Positions 23,721-43,800 of a DNA stretch of 64,000 bases are shown one piece after another. The position numbers and the translations under genes were made by a program. The notes below the pieces were generated by a model that saw only the letters and a list, made by a program, of their open reading frames with translations, was not told where the DNA came from and ran no database searches. The DNA is from Macrostomum lignano (lineage: Eukaryota): contig NIVC01000063.1 in NCBI GenBank assembly GCA_002269645.1, positions 1 through 64,000 of the forward strand, read 5' to 3'. Each line of letters opens with the position of its first letter. Within the stretch, counting starts at the first letter, position 1.

Positions 23721-24176
23721 GTGTTGCTACTGTGCAGCGTTCTCAGCGCGCGTCCGATCCGCCCCGTCAAGCTGCTGCTCAACGGCCTCCGATCCGACGC
23801 CAGACCCGTCGTGGAGTTCCAGTGCGACTACTTCTCCAGCAGCCTGTGGATTCCCTACGCGCTCAACCTGATGCTCATGCTGGTCACGTGCTCGCTGGCC
23901 GTGCGAGTTCGCAGCCTACCGGACAATTTCCACGACAGCAAGTGCATCCTGGCCTTCACCGCGTGCGCCACCTTCGTGTGGATCGCCTTCATTCCCAGCC
24001 TCGTCACGATGGCCTCGCTGACGTCAGCAGCCGCTTTGCTGATCTTTGTTCTGCTTTTCACCAACCTGTTCGCGGTGAGCATCCTGTTCCTGCCCAAGGT
24101 CTACGCCGTTGTGTTCAATAAGTCCGACGATGCCAAGCACTACAACAATGGCGTCATATGTGCCACTGTGGCTTAA
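23721..24176 (+). CDS. Class C GPCR copy C, exon 2
   Basis: Acceptor TCTTCAG|GTG at 23720/23721 after a 153-bp intron; TM4-TM7; TAA at 24174-24176. Confidence 0.93.
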   Translation: MLLLCSVLSARPIRPVKLLLNGLRSDARPVVEFQCDYFSSSLWIPYALNLMLMLVTCSLAVRVRSLPDNFHDSKCILAFTACATFVWIAFIPSLVTMASLTSAAALLIFVLLFTNLFAVSILFLPKVYAVVFNKSDDAKHYNNGVICATVA

Positions 24177-24585
24177 CAAACGTATTATGGCTTTAAGAAA
24201 GGCAACAGTGAATCTTGATTTATTTTACTCTATTGATAATAAATTTTGTGTAAAGGATCAAATACTAAGGTAATTTTTAAAAAAAATCTTCACTTGTATT
24301 GTATGTCGAAAGTTTATTTTACATGACATTGTAAGTGTAAATCTGCTTGGGTTTATTGCTGATTTGTTCTACTAAGCAATGTCTCGCTTAGTCTGATTCA
24401 TCATAGTCTTGTCACGTACTTGTGTCACGTGCTTGTCACGTAGTCTTGTCTTGTCGGACTTACACTTCATGTGTAAACGAATGTAGCTGAATTAATCAAG
24501 ATTGCAGTTTTTTGTCGTCATAATTGTTTAGTGTAATTTTTGCGTCTTCTCTTGAGTCTCGCACTGTCGTTAATCTCCATTTTAA

Positions 24586-25758
24586 TAGTCGAGTATAGTA
24601 AAATCGTAATGGGTTGAGGTTTAAAGTACATGTATGTGCGCTGGTGCAGCCAAACGAACATTATAATTTTGTTAGATCCGCGTAATTCTTTGGCCTACAG
24701 AATACGGTCGGGTGTACAAGGTACTGAATACGCTCGTATGACCTAATTAACCCCACTACGGTATAAATAGTCCCTAGCTGCATTTTTCTCCAAGTTATCT
24801 GTACTACTTGTACGTGTAACATTTACACATCATAAGAGGACATTCTGTTTCTCAAACTTAGCAGATCTTGTCTCTGTGCCATTCTTAGCAGATCTTCTCA
24901 ATCTGCTCGGTTCTTGCAGGAACTTCTAAGAAGGGATGTACATTTGTTTTGTCATTTATTTGACCAAAGTGTTCTAGCTTCATTATTTTTCATTTTGTGA
25001 CAAAATGGGACAATAAATTCAATAAAATATGCGATTCGAAGCTATAAAAAGATATAATTAAAAGTTAAGATCTTGTTCGATGTAGCAAGTCGACCAGATC
25101 TAGTACGTTTACCTAAGTATTATCATAGCGAAGATCTTGCACGTTCTTGCAAGTACTTGCGCAGCAACTCAAGAAGATAGATAAGATCTGTTAAGAATCA
25201 ACACGTCAATGTCTTCTAGGGATGTATGGGCCGGCCTCTTTAACTCCAAAGAGATTGCCAAGCCCGGCAAGGCGCAAGCACAAATTTTAGATCCAAATAC
25301 ATGTATTAACCTGAAAGACGCTTAAAGTTGTATTGTTTCTGCACTTTCGACCCGATTCATCGATGAGCGGTCAGTTTTGTAATTGTAAATTAGCTTACTG
25401 ACGTTACTTATGGCTTACGCCAATTGGTACATTGGCAGACAATAAATTAAATATTGGTTATAATTTGATATTTAAAATCGAGTAAAAAAGCTAAATGATA
25501 GAGATGGATTAGACAACAACATGCCACACCCTACTCTATTAAACCTTAGTAGTCGAGTATAGTAAAATCGTAATGAGTTGAGGTTTAAAGTACATGTATG
25601 TACGCATGTGCAGCCAAACGAAACATTATAATTTTGTTAGATCCGTAACTCTTTGGCCTACAGAATACGGTCGGGTGTACAAGGTACTGAATATGACCAA
25701 ATTAACCCCACTACTAAATAAAACAGTCCTTAGCTGCATTTTTCTCCAAGTTATCTGT
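24586..25758. repeat. Pair of ~210-bp diverged direct repeats (24586-24802 and 25550-25758)
   Basis: Both start TAGTCGAGTATAGTAAAATCG and end CCAAGTTATCTGT, with small indels between them. Confidence 0.85.
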
Positions 25759-26133
25759 CACTCAAGTCACGTGTTTCCAGAGTGATAACAGAAAAACAAA
25801 TTATCAAATCTTTTTTCTCTTAGTAAATACAGTTATGAAAATAGCCTTCAGAAAAGTATCAAGTATAGTTGATTATTTAAAAGCTTTTATGAGTGTCTCA
25901 AGTGTTGATTTTTTAAGTTGTTTTTTCCTTACTTTTAATTGATATTTTACGCCTAATATTAAATTTGCCGCTATTAAATAAGGGTCATTGTGTCAAGTAG
26001 CAAGCGCAATTGTTGTGCATATATTCTCGCTCTATTCACTTTATTATATATACGAAAACATCAGAATTATTTGTCCATGTTTTCCGTTCTCGTTATTGGT
26101 GCCAGATAAAACGATCTGCTTCAGTCGAATTGA

Positions 26134-26244
26134 ATGCAACTGCGTGTGCTGCGTTGGATTTTAAACAGATTACGGCGCATTTATATTATCTTTCCAATTT
26201 TGCTTCTTTTTGGATTGATTTTTGTCTTCTATCGCAACCCAGAG
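26134..26244 (+). CDS. SPRING1: SPRING1/C12orf49 (UPF0454) exon 1: basic N-terminus and signal anchor
   Basis: MQLRVLRWILNRLRRIYIIFPILLLFGLIFVFYRNPE followed by a phase-0 GTAAGT donor; matches the type II membrane topology of the family. Confidence 0.75.
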
Positions 26245-26633
26245 GTAAGTGGTGTACCTACGCCTTGACTGAATTTGTGCTAAATTTTAAATTGTGCTAA
26301 AATGCAAATGATGTACTTTTACTTGTTATTTTGCTTTTGACAAGTTTTAAAATGCTTTCAGTGCCTAGGCCTATTTTAATTTTTTATGAGAATGACTAGT
26401 TATAGTAACTTAAACAGGTTAGATAGATATAAAATTAATTTATAGACCATACTTTGGTTTGGGTGCAAGAAAGGTCTTTCTGTTTTGGTTTGCTATGTGA
26501 CATTTTTGCTAATCACAATGTAATTTTTCAGCAAATTATTGTATCATTTCACACAGAGATTGTGATTAGAGGTTGGATGGGATCCCGATCCCAAAATCTC
26601 GGGATCCCGAGGAAAATTAACTTCTTGCGGGAT

Positions 26634-27406
26634 CCCTATTGGAATAAATGTTAAAAACCCGCAGACATGCATTTTAGAAAAGAGTCAAACTATTTTACCA
26701 CGCTTTAGGATTATTAGAGACGTTCCAAAAGATCTGCAGTTTTGTCGAAATCAAAATTCGCTAACTTTCCAAAATCAAAATTGAAATTTCCCAAAATCAT
26801 AATTCAGAAAAACAAAGTTTAGTATGATCAACACTCACTACTTTACTTTTAATTTACTGCTTAAGCAAAAAGTAATACATGTATATGTATAGACATGCGC
26901 AACCTTGGGAATCACTTGGCCGTTTCTATTGGCAACACACACATGTAAGTCGCTATTGGCTGAGAGCAGTCATGTGACTTATATTCCATCCAATAGCGAC
27001 AAGTTTACATGTGTGTGTTGCCAATAAAAATGGCCAGGTGAATCCCTAGGTTGCGCCCAAGCATGTATATGTAGTAGAAAGTAGTTTATTTTTAGCAACT
27101 TTTTAGACACTACCAAAATTTTCATTTCTAAATTTTTTGAAATTGAAATTCCCTCTAAAAAATTTCAAATTTTGGAAAATTGAAATTGAATTTTCGGAAC
27201 ATCTCTAAGCTTAATAAATTACAAGTGTATAAGCCCTTTCAACAGAGGTATTATACCCATTTCCATGTATATGTATTTGCTAGAGCAGCAGCCAGTAAGA
27301 AAGGGCAGCGCGCGCAGGCAATGCGCCTGTGCGCGCACTGTGCTTTAGAAAAATTTCAAAAGTGCGCCGGACACCGTCTGCGGTTTTACAACTTTTTCCT
27401 ATAGGA
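26634..27406. mobile_element. CCCTA-terminal MITE, copy 1 (middle layer)
   Basis: Homologous end to end with 28186-28779; flanks TGCGGGAT / CGCGGGAC match 6 of 8. Confidence 0.8.
26890..27061. mobile_element. 172-bp hairpin insertion (inner layer)
   Basis: ~65-bp imperfect inverted arms; flanked by duplicated CATGTATATGTA; absent from the sister MITE at 28430-28441. Confidence 0.8.
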
Positions 27407-28185
27407 CGCGGGACCAGAATCCTGACCCTAAAAAATTCTAGATTCGGCAACAGGTCTTTTGATTAAAAATTGATAGAATTAGTTATTACTTGAAGGTATT
27501 TTGCTTTAACTTGTACTCATTACATTATTTACTTTGTTGGTTATAAAACTTCATATCAATTTTGTTGCATTTTACTTCTTGATCTTGACAATCTTTTCTC
27601 AATTTTGTTTAACTTTACATGGACAATACACTAAAAGACCTGATCCCGATTCCTGAATCCCAATCCCAATCCTGATCCCGAGAAAAAAATTATTTTCAAT
27701 CCCGATCCTGCCTGAAGATTTCAATCCTGTCCGACCTCTAATTGTGATTATATTTGAACAAAGTATTAAAAGTAAAACAAAATAAGAGGTCAAATAACAA
27801 ATAGGAAACAAGCTTCTACCTTACCTTACAAATCATTACTAGGGCCTAGCCATTACTTTATAAATAAATAAAATAGTTACAAATAAAAAATGTTAAAAGT
27901 AATGAGATATAAGTAAACAAAAGGGTGACAAGCTTTTGCCTTAAAAATTTAAAAGAGATGGTAAAAGTTAAAAGTAACAATCCCCTCATGCCTACTTGTG
28001 TCTGGGTCCAAACTTGTTGAGGACTGGTTGTATCATGTGGGCTGCAGGCATAACCCCACTCCAGAATCTTACATATATGCTAGAGGTCCTTTATTGTTGC
28101 AACATCTTTCTGATAATATCTAGCCGTTAATATCACAAGTAAATTTGTTTTTCTGGCATAAACTTGAATTTATGATATAGGGGGT

Positions 28186-28779
28186 CCCTATTGGAATAAA
28201 TGTTAAAAACCCGCGGACGCGAGCTTTAGAAAAGAGTCAAACTATTATACCGCGCTTTAGGATTATTAGAGATGTTCCGAAAGATCTGCAGTTTCGTCGA
28301 AATCAAAATTCGCTAACTTTCCAAAATCAAAATTGAAATTTCCTGAAATCATAATTTAGAAAAACAAAGTTTAGTATGATCAACACTCACTTTTCTACTT
28401 TCAATTTACTGCTTAAGCAAGAAGTAATACATGTATATGTAGTAGAAAGTAGTTTATTTTTAGCGACTTTTTAGACACTACCAAAATTTTCACTTTTTAA
28501 ATTTTTTTCGAAATTGAAATTCGCTCTAAAAAAATTCAAATTTTGGAAAATTGAAATTGAATTTTCGGAATATCTCTAAGCTTAATAAATTACGAGTGTA
28601 TAAGCCCCTTCAACAGAGGTATTATACCCATTTCCATGTATATGTATTTGCTAGAGCAGCAGCCAGTAAGAAAGGGCAGCGCGCGCGCAGGCGATGCGCC
28701 TGTGCGCGCGCTGCGCTTTAGAAAAATTTCAAAAGTGCGCCGGACACCGTCCGCGGTTTTACAACTTTTTCCTATAGGG
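28186..28779. mobile_element. CCCTA-terminal MITE, copy 2 (uninterrupted, 594 bp)
   Basis: TIR CCCTATTGGAATAAATG / ACAACTTTTTCCTATAGGG; perfect 8-bp TSD TAGGGGGT (28178-28185 and 28780-28787). Confidence 0.85.
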
Positions 28780-29101
28780 TAGGGGGTCACTTTGTCTGGC
28801 ATTCTGTATAACAGATTTGAATGTGGCATAGGCATTGATTGTATGCATGTGATAAAAAGTTTTGTCCTCTTTCCTCCACTGTTTTTCTTTCCAAGAAATT
28901 ACACAATCTCAAGGTTAAATTTGAGATTTATGTTTGATTTAAAAATCAAACATTTTTTTGTTTAATTGTTTTTGTATAGAGTTTGGAAAGAATTCCAAAA
29001 ACATTTATAAGTTTTTTTACAATAGAAATTAGGATAAATTTGATCGACTTGGTCAATGGATTGCAGGCTCGTCACTTCGCCTTTTCACTCATTTATAACA
29101 G

Positions 29102-29274
29102 AGTTTTAGCAGCGGCTCGCAAGACAGCACCGAACAACTGCTCGCCTTCAAGTGGCAGTCGCGGCATCCGCTCGATCTCGATCAGGTGGGCTCTGGGACC
29201 GGCAACACTTCCAGTGCTGCGGATTCCTCCGCTGCTGCCAGCAAAAACTTCTCTTCACCGCAGCTGAGGCTCAG
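29102..29274 (+). CDS. SPRING1: SPRING1 exon 2 (low-complexity stem)
   Basis: Acceptor ATAACAG at 29101 (phase 0); open frame SFSSGSQDSTEQLLAFKWQSRHP...QLRL; phase-2 donor AG|GTTGGT matches the phase of exon 3. Confidence 0.65.
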
Positions 29275-29519
29275 GTTGGTTTTGTTTGAATCTTCCGTAG
29301 AGTTGGCACTAACTATGAAATAATGCAGCCAGATATGTGTCTGCCAGCCAGACACACTGCCAGACACACTGCCAGACACACTGAACTTCATGGGCGGACA
29401 GGCAGTCAAATTGGTACAGTACAGACGAACGCTGAAAACCACGGCAAGGCAGACACAGAGACGGGCAGCCGGCCACTGCACTGTTGGAGGCTACCTTCAG
29501 GCAGTCAGAGATTTCCACA

Positions 29520-29953
29520 CAGAAGGGCGGACAGACAGACACACTGGTACAGACAGATATACAGGCACAGGAACAGACACAGGAGGCAGAGACGCACAAA
29601 GAGATAGACAGACTGACAGACAGACATACACAGAAAGACAGACAGACACATACACAGATAGACAGACAGACATACACAGAAAGACAGACAGACACATACA
29701 CAGACAGACATACACAGAAAGACAGACAGACAGACACATACACAGATAGACAGACAGACAGACATACACAGAAAGACAGACAGACAGACAGACAGACATA
29801 CACAGAAAGACAGACAGACAGACATACACAGATAGACAGACAGACATACACAGAAAGACAGACAGACAGACACATACACAGACAGACAGACAGACAGACA
29901 TACACAGATAGACAGACAGACATACACAGAAAGACAGACAGACAGACACATAC

Positions 29954-29992
<39 letters not shown>

Positions 29993-30197
29993 GTCAGACA
30001 GCCAGACAGACAGTCAGACAGACAGACAGACAGACACAGACAGACACATACACAGAGAGACAGACAGACAGACACATACACAGATAGACAGACAGACAGA
30101 CAGACATACACAGAAAGACAGACAGACAGACAGACATACACAGACAGACAGACAGACACATACACAGAGAGACAGACAGACAGACAGACAGACATAC

Positions 30198-30232
<35 letters not shown>

Positions 30233-30455
30233 CAGACAGACACATACACAGAGAGACAGACAGACAGACAGACATACACAGAAAGACAGACAGACAGACA
30301 CATACACAGTCAGACAGACAGACAGACAGACACATACAGACAGACAGTCAGACAGACAGACAGACAGACACAGACAGACACATACACAGAGAGACAGACA
30401 GACAGACAGACAGACATACACAGAAAGACAGACAGACAGACAGACAGACATACAC

Positions 30456-30496
<41 letters not shown>

Positions 30497-30827
30497 CATA
30501 CAGACAGACAGACAGACAGTCAGACAGACAGACAGACACAGACAGACACATACACAGAGAGACAGACAGACATACACAGAAAGACAGACAGACAGACACA
30601 TACACAGACAGACAGACAGACAGACAGACACAGACAGACATATACACAGAGAGACAGACAGACAGACGCATACACAGACAGACAGACAGACAGACAGACA
30701 CATACAGACAGACAGACAGACAGTCAGACAGACAGACATACACAGACAGACAGACAGACACATACACAGAGAGACAGACAGACAGACAGACAGACATACA
30801 CAGAAAGACAGACAGACAGACACATAC

Positions 30828-30858
<31 letters not shown>

Positions 30859-31033
30859 CAGACAGACACATACACAGAGAGACAGACAGACAGACAGACA
30901 TACACAGAAAGACAGACAGACAGACACATACACAGACAGACAGACAGACAGACAGACACATACAGACAGACAGACAGACAGACAGACACAGACAGACACA
31001 TACACAGAGAGACAGACAGACAGACACATACAC

Positions 31034-31074
<41 letters not shown>

Positions 31075-31113
31075 TACACAGAAAGACAGACAGACAGACA
31101 GACACACATACAC

Positions 31114-31158
<45 letters not shown>

Positions 31159-31217
31159 CATACAGACAGACAGACAGACAGTCAGACAGACAGACAGACA
31201 CAGACAGACACATACAC

Positions 31218-31250
<33 letters not shown>

Positions 31251-31575
31251 TACACAGAAAGACAGACAGACAGACACATACACAGACAGACAGACAGACA
31301 GACACAGACAGACATATACACAGAGAGACAGACAGACAGACACATACACAGACAGACAGACAGACAGACACATACAGACAGACAGTCAGACAGACAGACA
31401 GACAGACACAGACAGACACATACACAGAGAGACAGACAGACAGACACATACACAGATAGACAGACAGACAGACAGACAGACATACACAGAAAGACAGACA
31501 GACAGACAGACAGACATACACAGAGAGACAGACAGACAGACACATACACAGAAAGACAGACAGACAGACATACAC

Positions 31576-31616
<41 letters not shown>

Positions 31617-31943
31617 CATACAGACAGACAGACAGACAGTCAGACAGACAGACAGACACAGACAGACACATACACAGAGAGACAGACAGACATACACAGA
31701 AAGACAGACAGACAGACACATACACAGACAGACAGACAGACAGACAGACACAGACAGACATATACACAGAGAGACAGACAGACAGACACATACACAGACA
31801 GACAGACAGACAGACACATACAGACAGACAGACAGACAGTCAGACAGACAGACATACACAGACAGACAGACAGACACATACACAGAGAGACAGACAGACA
31901 GACAGACAGACATACACAGAAAGACAGACAGACAGACACATAC

Positions 31944-31974
<31 letters not shown>

Positions 31975-32145
31975 CAGACAGACACATACACAGAGAGACA
32001 GACAGACAGACAGACATACACAGAAAGACAGACAGACAGACACATACACAGACAGACAGACAGACAGACACATACAGACAGACAGACAGACAGACAGACA
32101 CAGACAGACACATACACAGAGAGACAGACAGACAGACACATACAC

Positions 32146-32178
<33 letters not shown>

Positions 32179-32217
32179 TACACAGAAAGACAGACAGACA
32201 GACAGACAGACATACAC

Positions 32218-32262
<45 letters not shown>

Positions 32263-32321
32263 CATACAGACAGACAGACAGACAGTCAGACAGACAGACA
32301 GACACAGACAGACACATACAC

Positions 32322-32354
<33 letters not shown>

Positions 32355-32687
32355 TACACAGAAAGACAGACAGACAGACACATACACAGACAGACAGACA
32401 GACAGACACAGACAGACATATACACAGAGAGACAGACAGACAGACACATACACAGACAGACAGACAGACAGACACATACAGACAGACAGACAGACAGTCA
32501 GACAGACAGACAGACAGACACAGACAGACACATACACAGAGAGACAGACAGACAGACACATACACAGATAGACAGACAGACAGACAGACAGACATACACA
32601 GAAAGACAGACAGACAGACAGACAGACATGCACAGAGAGACAGACAGACAGACACATACACAGAAAGACAGACAGACAGACACATAC

Positions 32688-32722
<35 letters not shown>

Positions 32723-32793
32723 CATACAGACAGACAGACAGACAGACACAGACAGACAGACACATACACAGACAGACAGACACACAGACAGAC
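29520..32793. repeat. Compound (GACA)n satellite with CATACACA/GAAA/GAGA variants, ~3.3 kb, in SPRING1 intron 2
   Basis: Seen directly; higher-order blocks recur within it. Confidence 0.95.
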
Positions 32794-32823
32794 ATCCTCA
32801 GCCGATCGCTCGCTGCTCCGCAG

Positions 32824-33174
32824 GCAATACACGTGCCGCAATTCAGTCGGCGGCCGAGACTCCCTAGTCGACGAGCGAGGCGTGGTCTGTTCTCGCGCGG
32901 ATCTCCTGACCGGCGGCTGCTGCCCCTACCCCAGCAAGCGGTCTGTGAGGTACCACTGCTCCGCTTGTAATCAGTTTAGTCTGTGCTGCAAAAGCTTCGA
33001 ATTCTGCGTCTCGTGCTGTCTGCAGCCGAATCAGCGACCGATCCTAGAGGCGGTGCTTCTCAGAGCGCGAGCACTCGGTGACAAAGTTTTACTGCGGGTG
33101 GCCGATCCGTTTCAGTTGTGCCTGGCCCGCTGCCGGACCAGCTCTGAGAGCGTGCAGCACGAGAACGCTTATAG
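32824..33174 (+). CDS. SPRING1: SPRING1 exon 3 (Cys-rich UPF0454 domain)
   Basis: CRNSVGG...DERGVVC...GGCC...CC...[10 protein letters not shown]...[22 protein letters not shown] matches the SPRING1/C12orf49 signature CVSCCLQP...CRTSSQSVQHENTYR. Confidence 0.92.
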
Positions 33175-33213
33175 GTTGGCTTGATTATATACTGCAGCGT
33201 ACACTTTCGGCTC

Positions 33214-34600
33214 TGGGATCTGGGGATCTGAGGATATGACATCTGAGGACCTGGGGTCTTAGGATCTGAGGATCTGGATCTGAGGATCTGGGATCTGAAG
33301 ATCTGGGATCTGAAGATCTGGGATCTGAGGATCTGTATCTGAGGATCTGGATCTGAGGATCTGGAATCTGAAGATCTAAGGATCTGGAATCTGAAGATCT
33401 GGGATCTGAGGATCTGAAATCTGAAGATCTGGGATCTGAGGATCTAGATCTGAGGATCTGAATCTGAGGATCTGGGATCTGAGGATATGAGGATCTGGGA
33501 TCTGAAGATCTGGGATCTGAGGATCTGAAGATCTGGGATCTGAAGATCTGGGATCTGAAGATCTGGGATCTGAAGATCTGGGATCTGAAGATCTGGGATC
33601 TGAAGATCTGGGATCTGAAGATCTGGGATCTGAAGATCTGGGATCTGAAGATCTGGGATCTGAAGATCTGGGATCTGAAGATCTGGGATCTGAAGATCTG
33701 GGATCTGAAGATCTGGGATCTGAAGATCTGGGATCTGAAGATCTGGGATCTGAAGATCTGGGATCTGAAGATCTGGGATCTGAAGATCTGGGATCTGAAG
33801 ATCTGGGATCTGAAGATCTGGGATCTGAAGATCTGGGATCTGAAGATCTGGGATCTGAAGATCTGGGATCTGAAGATCTGGGATCTGAAGATCTGGGATC
33901 TGAAGATCTGGGATCTGAAGATCTGGGATCTGAGGATCTAGATCTGAGGATCTGAATCTGAGGATCTGGGATCTGAGGATATGAGGATCTGGGATCTGAA
34001 GATCTGGGATCTGAGGATCTGAAGATCTGGGATCTGAAGATCTGGGATCTGAAGATCTGGGATCTGAAGATCTGGGATCTGAAGATCTGGGATCTGAAGA
34101 TCTGGGATCTGAAGATCTGGGATCTGGGATCTGAAGATCTGGGATCTGGGATCTGAAGATCTGGGATCTGAGGATCTGAGGATCAGGATCTGAGGATCTG
34201 AGGATCAGGATCTGGGATCTGAGAATCTGGGATCTGAAGATCTGGATTTGAAAATCTGGGATCTGAGGATCTGGATATGAGGATCTGGATATGAGAATCT
34301 GGGATCTGAGGATCTGAGAATCTGGGATCTGAGGATCTGAGAATCTGGGATCTGAGGATCTGAGAATCTGGGATCTGAGGATTTGAGGATCTGAGGGTCT
34401 AAGGATCTGAATCTGGGATATGAGGATCTGGATATGAGAATCTGGGATCTGAGGATCTGAGAATCTGGGATCTGAGGATCTGAGGATCTAGATTTGAGGA
34501 TCTGAGGGTCTAAGGATCTGGATCTGAGGATCTGAGTATCTGGGATCTAAAAAATCAAAGAATCTGGGATCTGAAGATCGGAGATCTGATATCTGAGGAT
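33214..34600. repeat. GATCT-based satellite with a homogeneous 15-bp core (GATCTGGGATCTGAA)n, in SPRING1 intron 3
   Basis: Seen directly; perfect core at ~33530-33930 with degenerate flanks. Confidence 0.95.
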
Positions 34601-34896
34601 TTGGCGTTTTAGAATCCGAAATTCAAGGATTTGAGGATTTAGGTTTATATAGCTCCAATATTTTTAAAGCGAATATTAAATCTAGAATTGACAATCTATA
34701 ATTAATCAATAATTTGGGGATCTGTTTTCTGGGTATGAAAAGCTGTCAGTGGATCGGAGGGTCTGCGATCTGGCGTAGTAATTATCTAGGATCTCAATTC
34801 AACAGAAAATGTTGCATATTAGATCTCGTGCATTAAAGCTGCTGAGCTGATGTTAGATAGACAAAATTTCAATCGTTTCCCTGTCTCAACCCGCAG

Positions 34897-34960
34897 AGAC
34901 CCGGTGAACAAGCACTGCTTTGGTCTGCAGCCGCCAACTCTGAGATTAGCCAATCGTTAA
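34897..34960 (+). CDS. SPRING1: SPRING1 exon 4 (C-terminus; total CDS 699 nt, 232 aa)
   Basis: Acceptor CCCGCAG at 34896; splicing gives YR|DPVNKHCFGLQPP, matching the family C-terminus YRDPxxKxCYG; TAA at 34958-34960. Confidence 0.88.
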
Positions 34961-35170
34961 TCGCTAATCGCTAACAAAACACTCACACACAGCTGCAACA
35001 TTGCAACACCCGGCGAGCATGTCTGAGAAGCCGTTCGCCCAGCGTTGGTTAAACAACGCCTATCAGGACAGCCTGCAGCCAACCAGCCAATGGCAGCGCG
35101 CCTCTCACCTATTGGCTGAGCGGCTAGCCAATAGCATCGAAGCTGAGCCAGCGTTCAGCCAATCGGATCG
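34945..35170 (+). promoter_or_regulatory. Cluster of CCAAT boxes upstream of the unrecognised gene
   Basis: CCAAT/ATTGG near 34950, 35087, 35111, 35128 and 35159, i.e. five within ~215 bp. Confidence 0.45.
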
Positions 35171-35180
35171 GTTCAAACAG

Positions 35181-42528
<7,348 letters not shown>

Positions 42529-43109
42529 CGAGTGTCGTTGGGTCCAGCTATGCAAATGGCGCAGAATCTGCAATAACAGCAATATAGTAGAAAGCCATAA
42601 TTTCCTAACGCAAAGTTTTTATTGCTCCGTACTGGTTGAAATGTCTGCAAATAATGGGACCGACCGGAGCGTTTGATATTAAATTTTTATCGGAAATTCC
42701 AATTCTGGATTAACACGAATTAATGCTCTGAACTATAAACTATGGTTTATTGTTGCCTTTCTGGTCTGAGGTTAGCTTCAGTTCGGGTCAGGCATGCGTT
42801 TGGTTTGCATGGCTGCTAAAGTCCCGAAATTCTGGCTACTAAATGCAAGCCGTTGAGATGAAGAATGAGAGGGCCTGTGAAGCAATGTTTTTTGAAGGTT
42901 CGTTTTGTTTAAAGGGGAAAGCATTTCGAATCGAAGTGTGACAAATTGCCTCTTTGCCGGCTGTAAAATTGTGGTCTATGGCTGGCTGCCAACTGTTTGG
43001 GGATGTGGGGGATTTTGTTGGGAGCTGGGACATAGGAGAGGATGAGGTCACGGCACGGGAGAGCTGGCTTTTGGGGCGATAGAGATCCGCTTGGAAACTG
43101 AGATAACAT

Positions 43110-43800
<691 letters not shown>

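Larger units (their letters stand above)
26567..27740. mobile_element. hAT-like MITE (outer layer of nested insertion) in SPRING1 intron 1
   Basis: TAGAGGTTGGATGGGAT / ATCCTGTCCGACCTCTA TIRs; perfect 8-bp TSD ATTGTGAT (26559-26566 and 27741-27748); GATCCC subrepeats. Confidence 0.85.

Noticed and set aside
29484-32867. 1127-aa ORF and the many antisense VCLS ORFs
   Set aside because: Product of the T-poor GACA strand, which cannot form stops. It lies in SPRING1 intron 2 in a different frame from the SPRING1 exons.
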